From contig VGOC01000002.1 in assembly GCA_016865865.1 (NCBI GenBank), forward strand, positions 22,863 through 86,862: a stretch of DNA of 64,000 nucleotides. The letters run 5' to 3'. The notes beneath the pieces were generated by a model. That model did no database searches. It saw only the letters and a list, made by a program, of their open reading frames with translations, and was not told where the DNA came from. The DNA is from Chloroflexota bacterium (GTDB lineage: Bacteria > Chloroflexota > Anaerolineae > Anaerolineales > UBA11858). The translations under genes and the position numbers were made by a program. The number at the start of each line of letters is the position of its first letter. Within the stretch, counting starts at the first letter, position 1. This document shows positions 9,155 to 18,342 of this stretch, one piece after another.

Positions 9155-9334
9155 TTATTTTTCTGGATTTGTGTCGCCAGTATCTTGACCCCGGCGTTCT
9201 CGGATGAATCGAAGAAAACGCCGATAGCCCATTTTGATTTTGCTCGAAAACAAGAGGACGATTCCTGAGATTACGCCGAACAGCACGGCCAAAATCTGGA
9301 AAAGCATTCCTCCGGTGGAAGGATCTATATACAT
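9155..9334 (-). CDS. small (59 aa) membrane protein; not in the supplied ORF track
   Basis: My translation is MYIDPSTGGMLFQILAVLFGVISGIVLLFSSKIKMGYRRFLRFIRERRGQDTGDTNPEK. An AAGGAG ribosome-binding site is followed by a 7-nt spacer before the ATG. The stop lies 9 nt before the next gene. It has one clear TM helix. Confidence 0.5.
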   Translation of the reverse strand: MYIDPSTGGMLFQILAVLFGVISGIVLLFSSKIKMGYRRFLRFIRERRGQDTGDTNPEK

Positions 9335-9380
9335 GGGGGGGGACTCCTTAATTATTGTTGTAACAATTCACTCCCGACTC

Positions 9381-9455
9381 GCACGGGGATCGCCTTGCGT
9401 CCCCGTGCTATCCAAAAACGCCCGTTGAAACGGGCCGAACCGGATTCGTCCGGTT
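9381..9455. other. three consecutive short GC-rich hairpins in the leader of the minus-strand operon
   Basis: GCACGGGGA..TCCCCGTGC (9381-9408), GCCCG-TTGAAA-CGGGC (9420-9435) and AACCGGA-TTCG-TCCGGTT (9438-9455). Confidence 0.4.
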
Positions 9456-9564
9456 ATCGAGAACACGCGCCTAATTTTATCACTAACATTTATTGGTAGT
9501 CTCCCTCTTGAGAGCAGTTGGAGAGCATAGAAAAAAGGGGGCAAACTGATTTCGAGGGAGACCA

Positions 9565-9807
9565 ATGAACCAAATTGCGAAACCTGGAGAGTTCTGTCCA
9601 AATCAAGCGTGCACAGATTACTAAAAACCTCAAGTCGGGGAAGTCAAGCCCAATATCATCAAGGCTGGCAAGACCCGGAAAGGAGTCCAACGGTTCAAGT
9701 GCAAGACCTGCAACAAGTATATCGTAGAGACCACTGGAACGATATTCTATCGCTTTGGCTGCTGCGCGGACAGGCGAGAAGACGGTATAGAGTTCTCACG
9801 CCCATGA
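9565..9807 (+). pseudogene. remnant of an IS transposase N-terminal zinc-ribbon domain, with an in-frame stop and truncation
   Basis: The frame reads [66 protein letters not shown]... The CPxxxC...CKxC...TGT pattern is typical of IS1/IS1595-type transposase N-termini. A TAA stop sits at 9622-9624. No catalytic domain follows. Confidence 0.55.
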
Positions 9808-9866
9808 TGATCCAACAACCGGCGTGGGCACTACCGGCGTGATCTCGATTTTGCCTTGACGAATGG

Positions 9867-12662
9867 TCAATACGAACGTCGAGAGAGAATAACCTTTATC
9901 GCCTCCGCGGCCAGGGACGGGATGAGGAGCAGAGGCAACAAAACCTCCCATTGGCTCCAGGTCAGGGGAACGGTATCGAAGACCGGTTGTAAGAATGGCA
10001 CATACACTACCGCCAGCAACAAGAACAGGGAGGTAATCACTGCCCAGTTCATCGCCCGATTCTTGAAGACGCCAAATTTCAGGATCGGGATCGTTTCAGA
10101 ACGGGAAGTAAAGGCGCGTAACAACTCCGAGAAAGACAGCGCCACGAAGGCCATCGTCTCAGCGACTTCAGGTTCACCCGGATGAGCAATCAGGCCCAGC
10201 CAATAAGCCACCAGGGTGATCGTAGCGATAGCAATCGTCTGGACGATAATGCCGATCTGCATTTGCCGGTTGATGATTGACTCCGAGGGCGGACGCGGAG
10301 GGCGTTCCATGATGTCGGGGTCGCCTTTCTCTACGCCTAGGGCGAGAGCGGGGGCGCCATCGGTGATCAGGTTGAGCCATAACAATTGGATAGCCGTCAG
10401 GGGGGAGGGCAATCCCATCAACGTAGCTATGAAGATGATGGCGATCTCGGCCAGGTTGCATGAGAGAAGGTAGTAGACGAACTTGCGGATGTTGCTGTAG
10501 ATTACACGCCCCTGTTCGACAGCCGAGACGATGCTGGCATAGTTATCATCGGTGAGCACCATGTCGGCGGTCTCTTTGGTTACGTCGGTGCCGGTAATGC
10601 CCATGGCCACACCAATATCGGCCTGTTTGATGGATGGGGCATCGTTGACGCCGTCGCCGGTCATGGCAACCACTTCGCCGTTCGCTCGCAGCGCCTGGAC
10701 AATGCGCATCTTGTGCTGTGGCGAAACTCGGGCAAACACATCCGTGCGCATAATCTCTTCTTGTAGAGTAACATTATCGAAGCTTTCTATTTCTTTGCCG
10801 GTAAGCACATCGTGACTTGCCTGGAGCAGGCCAATATCACTGGCAATGGCGCGGGCGGTGTTTGGATAGTCGCCAGTAATCATCACCGTGCGGATGCCGG
10901 CATTTTTGGCCGTCGCTAAGGCTGCGGGAACCTCCGGGCGGGCTGGATCAATCATGCCGATCAACCCGGCAAAAATCAAGTTCTCTTCCAAATCATCATC
11001 CATGAAATCGCCATCGTGATCGTTGTCCAGGCTGTGCGCCACACGATAGGCCACTCCCAACACACGCAGGGAATCTCGCGTCATGGCGTCGTTGGCTAGC
11101 AAGATGCGCCTGCGCTGTTCATCATCCAGGGGAACGGCTTTATCTTCGCGATTCTGGTAATGAGTGCATTGTTTGAGGACAATATCAGGCGCGCCCTTCT
11201 CTGCCACAACGTACCACTGACGGTGTTTATCATCGTAGAAGGGGGAAATATCCTCCGGTCGAGGATCGCTGACGGTATGCACCGTAACCATACGCTTGCG
11301 TTCAGAATCGAAGGGGATTTCTTGAATGCGGGGATAGGCCTGATTGAGTGGATGGGGCATAGCGCCGGCTTTGGCTGCGGCTACCAGCAGCGCCCCTTCA
11401 GTTGGGTCGCCCACTACGCGATAGACCACATCGTCAGCGCTCATTCGTTGAGTCTCCAGGACAGCGTCGTTGTTGAGCGCGCCGATCCACAAGGTTGTCA
11501 AAATAGCGGGGTAATCGCCCAGATTGACAACCTTTCCATCCATCAAAAATTGGCCCTGAAGACTGTAGCCGCTGCCGGTGACTTCGACGAATTCGCCGTC
11601 AGCCGCCACGCGGGTGACGGTCATCTCGTTCTGAGTCAGGGTGCCAGTCTTATCGGAGCAGATGACCGTAGCCGACCCCAGGGTTTCCACAGAGGATAAA
11701 CGCCGGATGAGGGCGTTGCGCTTGATCATCTCGCGCATCCCCAGGGCCAGGCTGATGGTCACCACCGCAGGCAGGCCCTCTGGGACAGCAGCTATTGCCA
11801 GGCTGACGGAGATGATAAACATCTCCAGGGGCGGAGCGCCGCGCAGCCAGCCCAGCACGAAGACCAGCCCACAAATCCCAAGAGCAGCCCACCCTAAGGT
11901 GCGTCCAAGCTGATCCAGGCGCTTTTGTAAGGGAGTCTGCTCCTGTTCCACCGATTGCAGCATCTCGGCAATACGCCCGATCTGCGTGGTCATGCCTGTC
12001 TCGACCACAACACCCTTCCCACGGCCATAGGTGACAACGGTACCCATGAAGGCAGAGTTCTCTTGATCACCAGTAGGGGTATCGGGGGGAAACACTGGAC
12101 GGAAGTCTTTTTTCACTGGCGCCGATTCTCCCGTCAAAGGGGCTTCATCCACCCGAAGATTGACAGATTCGATCAACCGTACATCGGCGGGGATATAATT
12201 GCCAGCCTCCAGGAAAACGATGTCCCCAGGTGCAAGCTCTCTCCCCGGGAGGCTGATCCGGCTGCCATCGCGCAACACATTGGCCTCTGGCGCTGCCAGG
12301 CGACGCAGAGCAGCCAGTTCCTTCTCCGCGCGGCGGTTTTGAACCACGCCCAACGCGGCGTTCAATAACACAATCGCCATGATGGCCGCTGATTCGACCC
12401 AGTCGCCCAGGAATGCTGAGATGATTGCCGCCACAATCAGTAGCATGACCACAAAATCGCTGAACTGCTCCCAGAGCATCTGCCAGACCGTCGTGGGAGG
12501 GGCTTCTTTTAGTTGGTTGGGGCCAACCTTTTTCAGACGGCTGGCGGCTTCTTCTGAGGCTAATCCTTTATCAGGAGAGACGCCAAGCCGTTCGAGAGCC
12601 TCTTTCGTCTTGAGCGAGTGCCAATTTGTCGGCGACGATGAAGTGACGGGTGTATAAGACAT
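9867..12662 (-). CDS. P-type cation-transporting ATPase (Ca2+/P2-type-like)
   Basis: DKTGTLT phosphorylation motif, TGES, MITGD and TGDGVNDAPSIK, with about 10 TM segments. I prefer the ATG at 12662 because it has a GGAG 6 nt upstream. The listed start is 12674. Confidence 0.93.
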   Translation of the reverse strand: MSYTPVTSSSPTNWHSLKTKEALERLGVSPDKGLASEEAASRLKKVGPNQLKEAPPTTVWQMLWEQFSDFVVMLLIVAAIISAFLGDWVESAAIMAIVLLNAALGVVQNRRAEKELAALRRLAAPEANVLRDGSRISLPGRELAPGDIVFLEAGNYIPADVRLIESVNLRVDEAPLTGESAPVKKDFRPVFPPDTPTGDQENSAFMGTVVTYGRGKGVVVETGMTTQIGRIAEMLQSVEQEQTPLQKRLDQLGRTLGWAALGICGLVFVLGWLRGAPPLEMFIISVSLAIAAVPEGLPAVVTISLALGMREMIKRNALIRRLSSVETLGSATVICSDKTGTLTQNEMTVTRVAADGEFVEVTGSGYSLQGQFLMDGKVVNLGDYPAILTTLWIGALNNDAVLETQRMSADDVVYRVVGDPTEGALLVAAAKAGAMPHPLNQAYPRIQEIPFDSERKRMVTVHTVSDPRPEDISPFYDDKHRQWYVVAEKGAPDIVLKQCTHYQNREDKAVPLDDEQRRRILLANDAMTRDSLRVLGVAYRVAHSLDNDHDGDFMDDDLEENLIFAGLIGMIDPARPEVPAALATAKNAGIRTVMITGDYPNTARAIASDIGLLQASHDVLTGKEIESFDNVTLQEEIMRTDVFARVSPQHKMRIVQALRANGEVVAMTGDGVNDAPSIKQADIGVAMGITGTDVTKETADMVLTDDNYASIVSAVEQGRVIYSNIRKFVYYLLSCNLAEIAIIFIATLMGLPSPLTAIQLLWLNLITDGAPALALGVEKGDPDIMERPPRPPSESIINRQMQIGIIVQTIAIATITLVAYWLGLIAHPGEPEVAETMAFVALSFSELLRAFTSRSETIPILKFGVFKNRAMNWAVITSLFLLLAVVYVPFLQPVFDTVPLTWSQWEVLLPLLLIPSLAAEAIKVILSRRSY

Positions 12663-12791
12663 GAATGACTCCATATGAATCCAGCCAAATTAAAAGCCGG
12701 GGAGAGCCATACCCCGGGATGTTTGGATTATACCACGCACGATAAAATGAATGGATACCTATATTATCTGGGGGTGTTTCAAATAAGTTCG

Positions 12792-12853
12792 AACTTCCCG
12801 AAGGTTCGTGTTGAATGATTTTCTAGCTTCTCTCAAGCAACCTTCGGGAAGTT
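12792..12853. repeat. hairpin repeat AACTTCCCGAAGGTT..AACCTTCGGGAAGTT
   Basis: 15-nt inverted arms with a 32-nt loop. The same CCCGAAGGTT/AACCTTCGGG core is found inside the element at 41599-41711. Confidence 0.6.
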
Positions 12854-12870
12854 ACCAAGGCACTATTTTT

Positions 12871-12981
12871 GTAACTGCTCAGCTATCGAACGGATTTACC
12901 CGAAAAAAGGTGTGCGCAGGGGGGCGTAGCCCCCTGCGCACACCTTTTTTCGGGAATTTCTCCGTTTGGCTGAGTAGTTAC
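12871..12981. mobile_element. 111-bp palindromic MITE-like element (GTAAC..GTTAC family), copy 1
   Basis: Full-length match to the copies at 16886, 20438, 34119 and 43048. The flanking 8-mers CTATTTTT and CTTTTTTT match at 7 of 8 positions. Confidence 0.8.
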
Positions 12982-13082
12982 CTTTTTTTTGCTATTTGCA
13001 GACGTTTAGGGTATGATTATAGGGGCATTGCACCATTTCATCGGGATTGCCGATCGAAAAACATACCCCAATTCACTCGAGC

Positions 13083-14483
13083 ATGGATATCCTCAATACA
13101 ATCTTATCTCTCGACCCTCGTATATTGATTACTGTCATTGGCGGGATCGCTTTCATGCTGGGAAGTGGTATTGCCAGTATCTTTTGGTTTCGACGAGACC
13201 AGGTCCGTCAGGCGCGGGCAAAAATACAAGCCACGAAACGGAAAAAGATAGCCCAGGTACAAACTCAACAGCTCGATGCTGGGCGCCTGCGTGAAATCTC
13301 CAACATGCTGACGAACCTCACAGCAACGCTCAACTACAACAGGGTCTTGGAATTAGCGCTTGACATCAGCATGCAAGCCCTGACTTCCCGCGACGACCCG
13401 GCTGATCGCCTGATCGGCGCGGTGCTGTTATTTTCGAGAGGCGATGAAGAATCTGCCAACCTCTACATTGGCTTTTCACGTCGCCTGACTCCCTCCGATC
13501 TGCCTCGGACATTCCCCGGTATGCAAGGATTGCTGCGGGAGGTAATAGACGAGGGTGGAGCAATTCAATCTTCAGACATAGCCAAGGATGTAGAGCTGGG
13601 GAAAATCATGGCGTTTCAAAGCTGCCGGTCCGGGTACTGCATCCCCCTTCGGCACGGCATTGATACCTACGGTGTGATCGTATTTGCGCATCCGAATGAG
13701 CATTTCTTTACAGCCAACAACCGAGAGGTGCTCAACATTATTGTCAAACAAGCCGTCGTTTCCATCCAGAACGCCCGTCTTTATCAAGACCTGGAACTCG
13801 AAAAAGAACGTATGATGGAAATCCAGGAAGAAGCCCGCAAGAAGTTGGCGCGCGACCTCCACGATGGCCCCACCCAATCCATCGCCGCTATCGCCATGCG
13901 GGTCAATTTCGCCCGCCGCCTGATAGAACGTGATCAAAACGCGGCATCCGATGAGTTGTTCAAGATAGAAGATTTGGCGCGCCGCACGACTAAAGAAATC
14001 CGTCATATGCTCTTCACTTTGCGGCCACTGGTTCTCGAATCGAAGGGGCTGACCGCCGCGCTGCAATCTATGGCCGAGAAGATGAAGGAGACCTACAACC
14101 AAAATGTGCTGCTCGAAATCACTCAAGAGGTTGTATCCGTGCTGGAGATGGATAAACAAGGCGTAATCTTTTACATCATCGAGGAGGCTGTAAACAACGC
14201 CCGGAAACACGCTGAAGCCAAACATATTTGGGTGCGCCTGCGCCCCCTCCAGCAAGACCTGGCGCTGCTGGAGATTCAAGACGATGGCCTGGGTTTCGAT
14301 GTCAAATCCGTGGCCGCCTCTTATGAACATCGCGGCAGCCTGGGCATGATCAACTTGCGTGAGCGCACCGAATTGATCAATGGGGTGCTGAATATCGATT
14401 CGACGCCTGGCGCAGGTACCCATATCCAGGTCGCCATCCCTTTGACCGAAGAAGCTGTTGACCGCCTCCGTCATAGCGTATAA
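13083..14483 (+). CDS. sensor histidine kinase (TM, GAF, HisKA_3, HATPase_c)
   Basis: H-box LARDLHDGPTQSI (HisKA_3 type) and ATPase motifs EAVNNARKH and DDGLGF..GSLGM. I prefer the ATG at 13083 over the listed TTG at 13047. Confidence 0.88.
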   Translation: MDILNTILSLDPRILITVIGGIAFMLGSGIASIFWFRRDQVRQARAKIQATKRKKIAQVQTQQLDAGRLREISNMLTNLTATLNYNRVLELALDISMQALTSRDDPADRLIGAVLLFSRGDEESANLYIGFSRRLTPSDLPRTFPGMQGLLREVIDEGGAIQSSDIAKDVELGKIMAFQSCRSGYCIPLRHGIDTYGVIVFAHPNEHFFTANNREVLNIIVKQAVVSIQNARLYQDLELEKERMMEIQEEARKKLARDLHDGPTQSIAAIAMRVNFARRLIERDQNAASDELFKIEDLARRTTKEIRHMLFTLRPLVLESKGLTAALQSMAEKMKETYNQNVLLEITQEVVSVLEMDKQGVIFYIIEEAVNNARKHAEAKHIWVRLRPLQQDLALLEIQDDGLGFDVKSVAASYEHRGSLGMINLRERTELINGVLNIDSTPGAGTHIQVAIPLTEEAVDRLRHSV

Positions 14484-14493
14484 CTCGAGCAGT

Positions 14494-15270
14494 ATGCCGA
14501 TCGAAGCCGACATATATTATTCTGCATACAAGGGGAAGGGCTTCCGCAAACCGTCGGTGGTGCTGATCCACGGGGCCGGCGGCACTCACCTTCACTGGCC
14601 AGCATCTGTACGCAGGCTGCCCGAATATCCCGTTTATGCGCTCGATTTGCCCGGTCACGGCAAGTCGGAGGGGCGCGGGAAGCAAAGCATTATCGAATAC
14701 GCCCAGGATGTTCTGGATTGGATGAATGCGCTCGAGATGCGAAAAGCGGTTTTCGTTGGACATTCCATGGGAGGGGCGATTGCGCTGACATTAGCCATTC
14801 GATGCCCTGAGCGTGTTGTGGGACTGGGGCTGGTGGGAACTGGGGCACGCTTGAAGGTGGCGCCTGTTATTCTAGAAAATACTGCTCGTTCAGAGACCTT
14901 CCCCTCCATAATCGGCACGATCATCGGCTGGGCTTTCGATCCTCGAGCGGATGCGCGCCTGGTAGCGCTGGCTGCGAAACGAATGGCAGAAATCCGACCT
15001 TCTGTATTGCACGGCGACTTCACTGCCTGTAATTCTTTCGATGTCATGGAAAAGTTGGGGGAAATCCACGCCCCTTGCTGCGCGCTTTGCGGGGAAAACG
15101 ATCAGCTAACACCGCCTCGCTACTCGCATTATCTTGCCGACCATATCCCCAATGCCGAAGTTCAGATTCTTCCCGATGCTGGACACATGGTCATGCTCGA
15201 AAAGCCGGATGAAGTCGCCAGGGCCTTGTTGGGCTTCATATCGAAAATCCCCTACCAACCCGGGGAGTAA
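14494..15270 (+). CDS. alpha/beta-fold hydrolase
   Basis: VVLIHGAGG, the nucleophile elbow GHSMGG, and a C-terminal DAGHMVMLEKP. I prefer the ATG at 14494, which lies after the kinase stop. Confidence 0.85.
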   Translation: MPIEADIYYSAYKGKGFRKPSVVLIHGAGGTHLHWPASVRRLPEYPVYALDLPGHGKSEGRGKQSIIEYAQDVLDWMNALEMRKAVFVGHSMGGAIALTLAIRCPERVVGLGLVGTGARLKVAPVILENTARSETFPSIIGTIIGWAFDPRADARLVALAAKRMAEIRPSVLHGDFTACNSFDVMEKLGEIHAPCCALCGENDQLTPPRYSHYLADHIPNAEVQILPDAGHMVMLEKPDEVARALLGFISKIPYQPGE

Positions 15271-15341
15271 TTATTAGAGCGTTTCCAACTTCGCGGTAAA
15301 ATTGACGAAACTGGCCTTTCCATGGGTCAGCGGAGGTTTCC

Positions 15342-15893
15342 TTGAAAAAAATCTTTTCGGATTATTTGTTTTTATCGGTGCTCGCGGGCGCGATTATCAC
15401 GCTGGATCAATGGACGAAATGGCTTGTGCGCGCTAAGCTCGAAATCGGCCAGATCTGGGCGCCATGGGATTGGCTGGCGCCGTATGCGCGCATCATCAAC
15501 TGGAAGAACACGGGCGCCGCTTTTGGAATGTTACAACAATTAGGCGGCGTCTTTACGATCCTGGCCTTCCTGGTCGTAGGGTTGATCTTGTTTTACTTCC
15601 CCCAAATCCCTCGCCGGGATTGGTCCTTGAGGATCGCTCTGGGGATGCAAATGGGCGGCGCAATAGGGAATCTAATTGATCGTCTCACGCTTGGATATGT
15701 GACCGATTGGTTTTCCGTGGGGTCATTTCCCGTATTCAATGTCGCCGACTCATGTATTTCCGTTGGGGCAGCTGTGCTGGTCATTGGGATGTGGATCCAG
15801 GAAAGAAAGCGCAAAGCCTCCCAAACGGAGTCCGAACAGCCCTCCCAAGAAGTCAGGTCTTCTCCAGAGTTCGCAGATATCCAAAGTGAGTGA
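15342..15893 (+). CDS. lspA: lipoprotein signal peptidase II
   Basis: NTGAAFG, GGAIGNLIDR and FPVFNVADSCISVG motifs, with four TM segments. TTG start. Confidence 0.9.
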   Translation: MKKIFSDYLFLSVLAGAIITLDQWTKWLVRAKLEIGQIWAPWDWLAPYARIINWKNTGAAFGMLQQLGGVFTILAFLVVGLILFYFPQIPRRDWSLRIALGMQMGGAIGNLIDRLTLGYVTDWFSVGSFPVFNVADSCISVGAAVLVIGMWIQERKRKASQTESEQPSQEVRSSPEFADIQSE

Positions 15894-16806
15894 GCAACCC
15901 TTCGTCTTCGTTTTCGAAGAAGACAACCCCCAACGACTCGACAAATTCCTCGTCGCGCGTATCCCCGAATTATCGCGCTCGCGCTTGCAGGTCTTGATCG
16001 AGGCCGGCTTCGTCACCGTGGATGGCGAGATCCCCCATAAGGCCGGCTTTTCATTGACGCATGGCGTAAAGGTCGAGGTGGAAATTCCACCCTCCGAACC
16101 CAGCCGGTTAATTCCCGAAGCGATCCCGCTCGAAATTCTTTTCGAGAATGCTGATGTGTTGGTGGTCAACAAACCCGCTGGCCTGGTGGCGCATCCCGCG
16201 GCTGGACATACTAGCGGGACATTGGTCCATGCGGTGCTGGCCTATGCCCCTGAGATCGAGGGGGTCGGCGGGGAGAGACGCCCCGGCATCGTCCACCGCC
16301 TGGACAAGGATACTTCCGGCGTCCTCATCCTGGCAAAGAACGACCACGCCCAACGCTGGCTGAGCGATCAATTCCAGGATCGGCAAGTTAGCAAATCCTA
16401 TCTTGCTCTGGTGGATGGGGCGCCCCCCACCCCAAACGGGCGCGTCGAAGCCTCTGTTGGGCGCGACCCCTCGCGCCGGCAGCGCATGGCGATTACGCCC
16501 CCCAATAAAGGCCGCGAGGCCATCAGCGAATATTTCACCATCGAAAGCTTCGCTGAACACACCTTACTGGATGTGCGCATCCTCACCGGGCGCACGCACC
16601 AAATCCGCCTGCACATGGCCTTCATCATGTGCCCGGTGGTTGGCGATACAATCTATGGCCGCAGGCAGCCCAGCATCCCGCTCAACCGGCAATTCCTTCA
16701 TGCCCACCGCCTGGCGATCATCATTCCAGGCGAAGCCAGCCCGCGCACCTTTGAGGCGCCTCTGCCCCTCGAATTGACCGTTGTTCTGGAAAGTTTGCGA
16801 CGTTAA
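15886..16806 (+). CDS. rluD: RluA-family 23S rRNA pseudouridine synthase (RluD-like)
   Basis: An S4-like N-terminus (RLDKFLV) and the catalytic HRLDKDTSGVLILAKN. The GTG at 15886 overlaps the lspA stop. lspA-rluD is a classical gene pairing. Confidence 0.9.
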   Translation: MSEQPFVFVFEEDNPQRLDKFLVARIPELSRSRLQVLIEAGFVTVDGEIPHKAGFSLTHGVKVEVEIPPSEPSRLIPEAIPLEILFENADVLVVNKPAGLVAHPAAGHTSGTLVHAVLAYAPEIEGVGGERRPGIVHRLDKDTSGVLILAKNDHAQRWLSDQFQDRQVSKSYLALVDGAPPTPNGRVEASVGRDPSRRQRMAITPPNKGREAISEYFTIESFAEHTLLDVRILTGRTHQIRLHMAFIMCPVVGDTIYGRRQPSIPLNRQFLHAHRLAIIIPGEASPRTFEAPLPLELTVVLESLRR

Positions 16807-16811
16807 AGTAC

Positions 16812-16885
16812 ACCTCACACTTTACGCTTCACGTTTTACGTTTTACTTTTCACGTTTTTCGCTCATCAGGAAACGTAAAGCGTAA
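16812..16885. repeat. low-complexity 'word' repeat (ACGTTTT/ACGCTT words) forming a hairpin
   Basis: CTTTACGCTTCACGTTTTACGTTTTACTTTTCACGTTTTT ... GAAACGTAAAGCGTAA. The region is interrupted by the MITE at 16886. Confidence 0.6.
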
Positions 16886-16996
16886 GTAACTGCTCAGTCA
16901 TCGAACGGATTAGCCCGAAAAAAGAGTGTGCGTGGGGGTGCGCACCCCCACGCACACCCTTTTTTCGGGAATTTCTCCGTTTGGCTGAGTAGTTAC
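16886..16996. mobile_element. 111-bp palindromic MITE-like element, copy 2
   Basis: GTAACTGCTCAG...CTGAGTAGTTAC, flanked by a perfect AAGCGTAA / AAGCGTAA direct repeat. Confidence 0.85.
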
Positions 16997-17036
16997 AAGC
17001 GTAAAACGTAATAGACCATTTTATTGGAGAAGAACC

Positions 17037-18083
17037 ATGACAATCATTGATTTACGTTCCGACACCGTCACCCACCCCACGCCAGCCATGCGAGAGGCTA
17101 TGGCCACAGCCCAGGTCGGCGACGATGTCTATGGAGAAGATCCCACCATCAATCAGCTTCAAGAAATGGCCGCTGAGAGGTTGGGCAAAGAAGCCGGGCT
17201 TTTTGTGCCATCTGGGACGATGGGCAACCTGGCGGCGATCTTAGCGTACTGCAATCGCGGGGATGAAATCATCCTTGGCAATCAGACGCACATTTTCCTC
17301 AACGAAGCAGGAGGTATCGCAGCGCTGGGCGGCATCCATCCGTACCCAATTCCCAATCAACCCAATGGGACGCTGGCGTTGGATGACATACGTGAAGCTA
17401 TCCGCTCCGATGACCCCCATCATCCTATCACACGCCTGATTGCGTTGGAAAACACGCATAACTGCTGCGGTGGAGCGGTTTTGACCGCCGAATATACCCA
17501 GGCGGTTGCCGATCTGGCCCACGCCAATGGACTGGTCTTGCATCTGGATGGGGCGCGAATCTTCAACGCTGCAACTGCGCTGGATGTTGACGTCGCCAGT
17601 CTGGTTGCGCCGGTCGACTCGGTCACATTCTGTTTGAGTAAGGGGCTTTGCGCGCCCGTAGGATCGGTATTGTGCGGCAGCAAGGAATTCATTGCCCGCG
17701 CCCATCGCGTGCGCAAGCAACTGGGCGGCGGGATGCGCCAGGCCGGTATTCTGGCTGCAGCGGGAATTGTTGCCCTGCATGAGATCGCGCCACGTCTGGC
17801 TGAAGATCATGTCCGGGCGCGGAATCTGGCCCAGGGTTTGAGGAATATCCCTGGCGTGATACTGGACTCCGGAGAACCCGCCTCCAATATGGTTTACCTG
17901 ACCCTGGGAGAAGACCTCCCTCTCAACGCCGAAGATGCAGCTCGAAGGCTAAAAGGATGCCATGTCCTTGTGGACGTCGTAAGCCCGCGCCGATTCCGCC
18001 TGGTCACTCATTATTGGATTGACGACCAGGCCATACACTCGACCATCGAGGCATTCGAAAAAGTACTGGGGAACTATTCGTGA
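17037..18083 (+). CDS. ltaE: low-specificity L-threonine aldolase
   Basis: DLRSDTVTHPTPAMREAM...GDDVYGEDPTINQLQE is the typical threonine aldolase N-terminus. The PLP-lysine region FCLSKGL is present. Confidence 0.88.
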   Translation: MTIIDLRSDTVTHPTPAMREAMATAQVGDDVYGEDPTINQLQEMAAERLGKEAGLFVPSGTMGNLAAILAYCNRGDEIILGNQTHIFLNEAGGIAALGGIHPYPIPNQPNGTLALDDIREAIRSDDPHHPITRLIALENTHNCCGGAVLTAEYTQAVADLAHANGLVLHLDGARIFNAATALDVDVASLVAPVDSVTFCLSKGLCAPVGSVLCGSKEFIARAHRVRKQLGGGMRQAGILAAAGIVALHEIAPRLAEDHVRARNLAQGLRNIPGVILDSGEPASNMVYLTLGEDLPLNAEDAARRLKGCHVLVDVVSPRRFRLVTHYWIDDQAIHSTIEAFEKVLGNYS

Positions 18084-18188
18084 TATAATTTTCAATTGCT
18101 AGTCGCGCAGCGCCGATAGTATTACTGCGCAAAGTCAGAAAAGAAGACTTCGTCTCTCCTCATTTTCGCCATCAACTACCTGAAAAAA

Positions 18189-18280
18189 GTATCTTCTCAA
18201 TAACTTGGGGGAAGATGGGGGGTGTGCGGGCGGCGAAGCCGCCCGCACACCCCCCGCCCCCCTTATTATTGAGATGATAC
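18189..18280. mobile_element. 92-bp GTATC..GATAC palindromic MITE-like element, copy 1
   Basis: GTATCTTCTCAATAACTTGGGGGAAGAT, core GGGGGGTGTGCGGGCGGC-GAA-GCCGCCCGCACACCCCCC, then GCCCCCCTTATTATTGAGATGATAC. The flanks TGAAAAAA and TGAAAAAC match at 7 of 8 positions. Confidence 0.75.
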
Positions 18281-18342
18281 TGAAAAACAGTATTTCGGCG
18301 GCGAAGATGGGGGGACAGAGGGGGGTCGAGGAGACTCTATCA

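Noticed and set aside
9609-9842. 77-aa plus-strand ORF over the IS remnant
   Set aside because: It is in a different frame from the zinc-ribbon-like reading frame (9565-9807). It has no motifs and is probably spurious.
13572-14513. 313-aa minus-strand ORF
   Set aside because: It is antisense to the histidine kinase, which has H-box and ATPase motifs. It is a shadow ORF.
18205-18342. N-terminal ORF extensions that read through repeat elements. Listed starts affected: 580, 18205, 20614, 32463, 40449, 44898 and 57264.
   Set aside because: The extensions translate MITE, hairpin or word-repeat DNA, for example GEDGGCAGGEAARTPPAP on both strands of the same element family. Internal ATG or GTG starts with ribosome-binding sites give proteins of normal family length.
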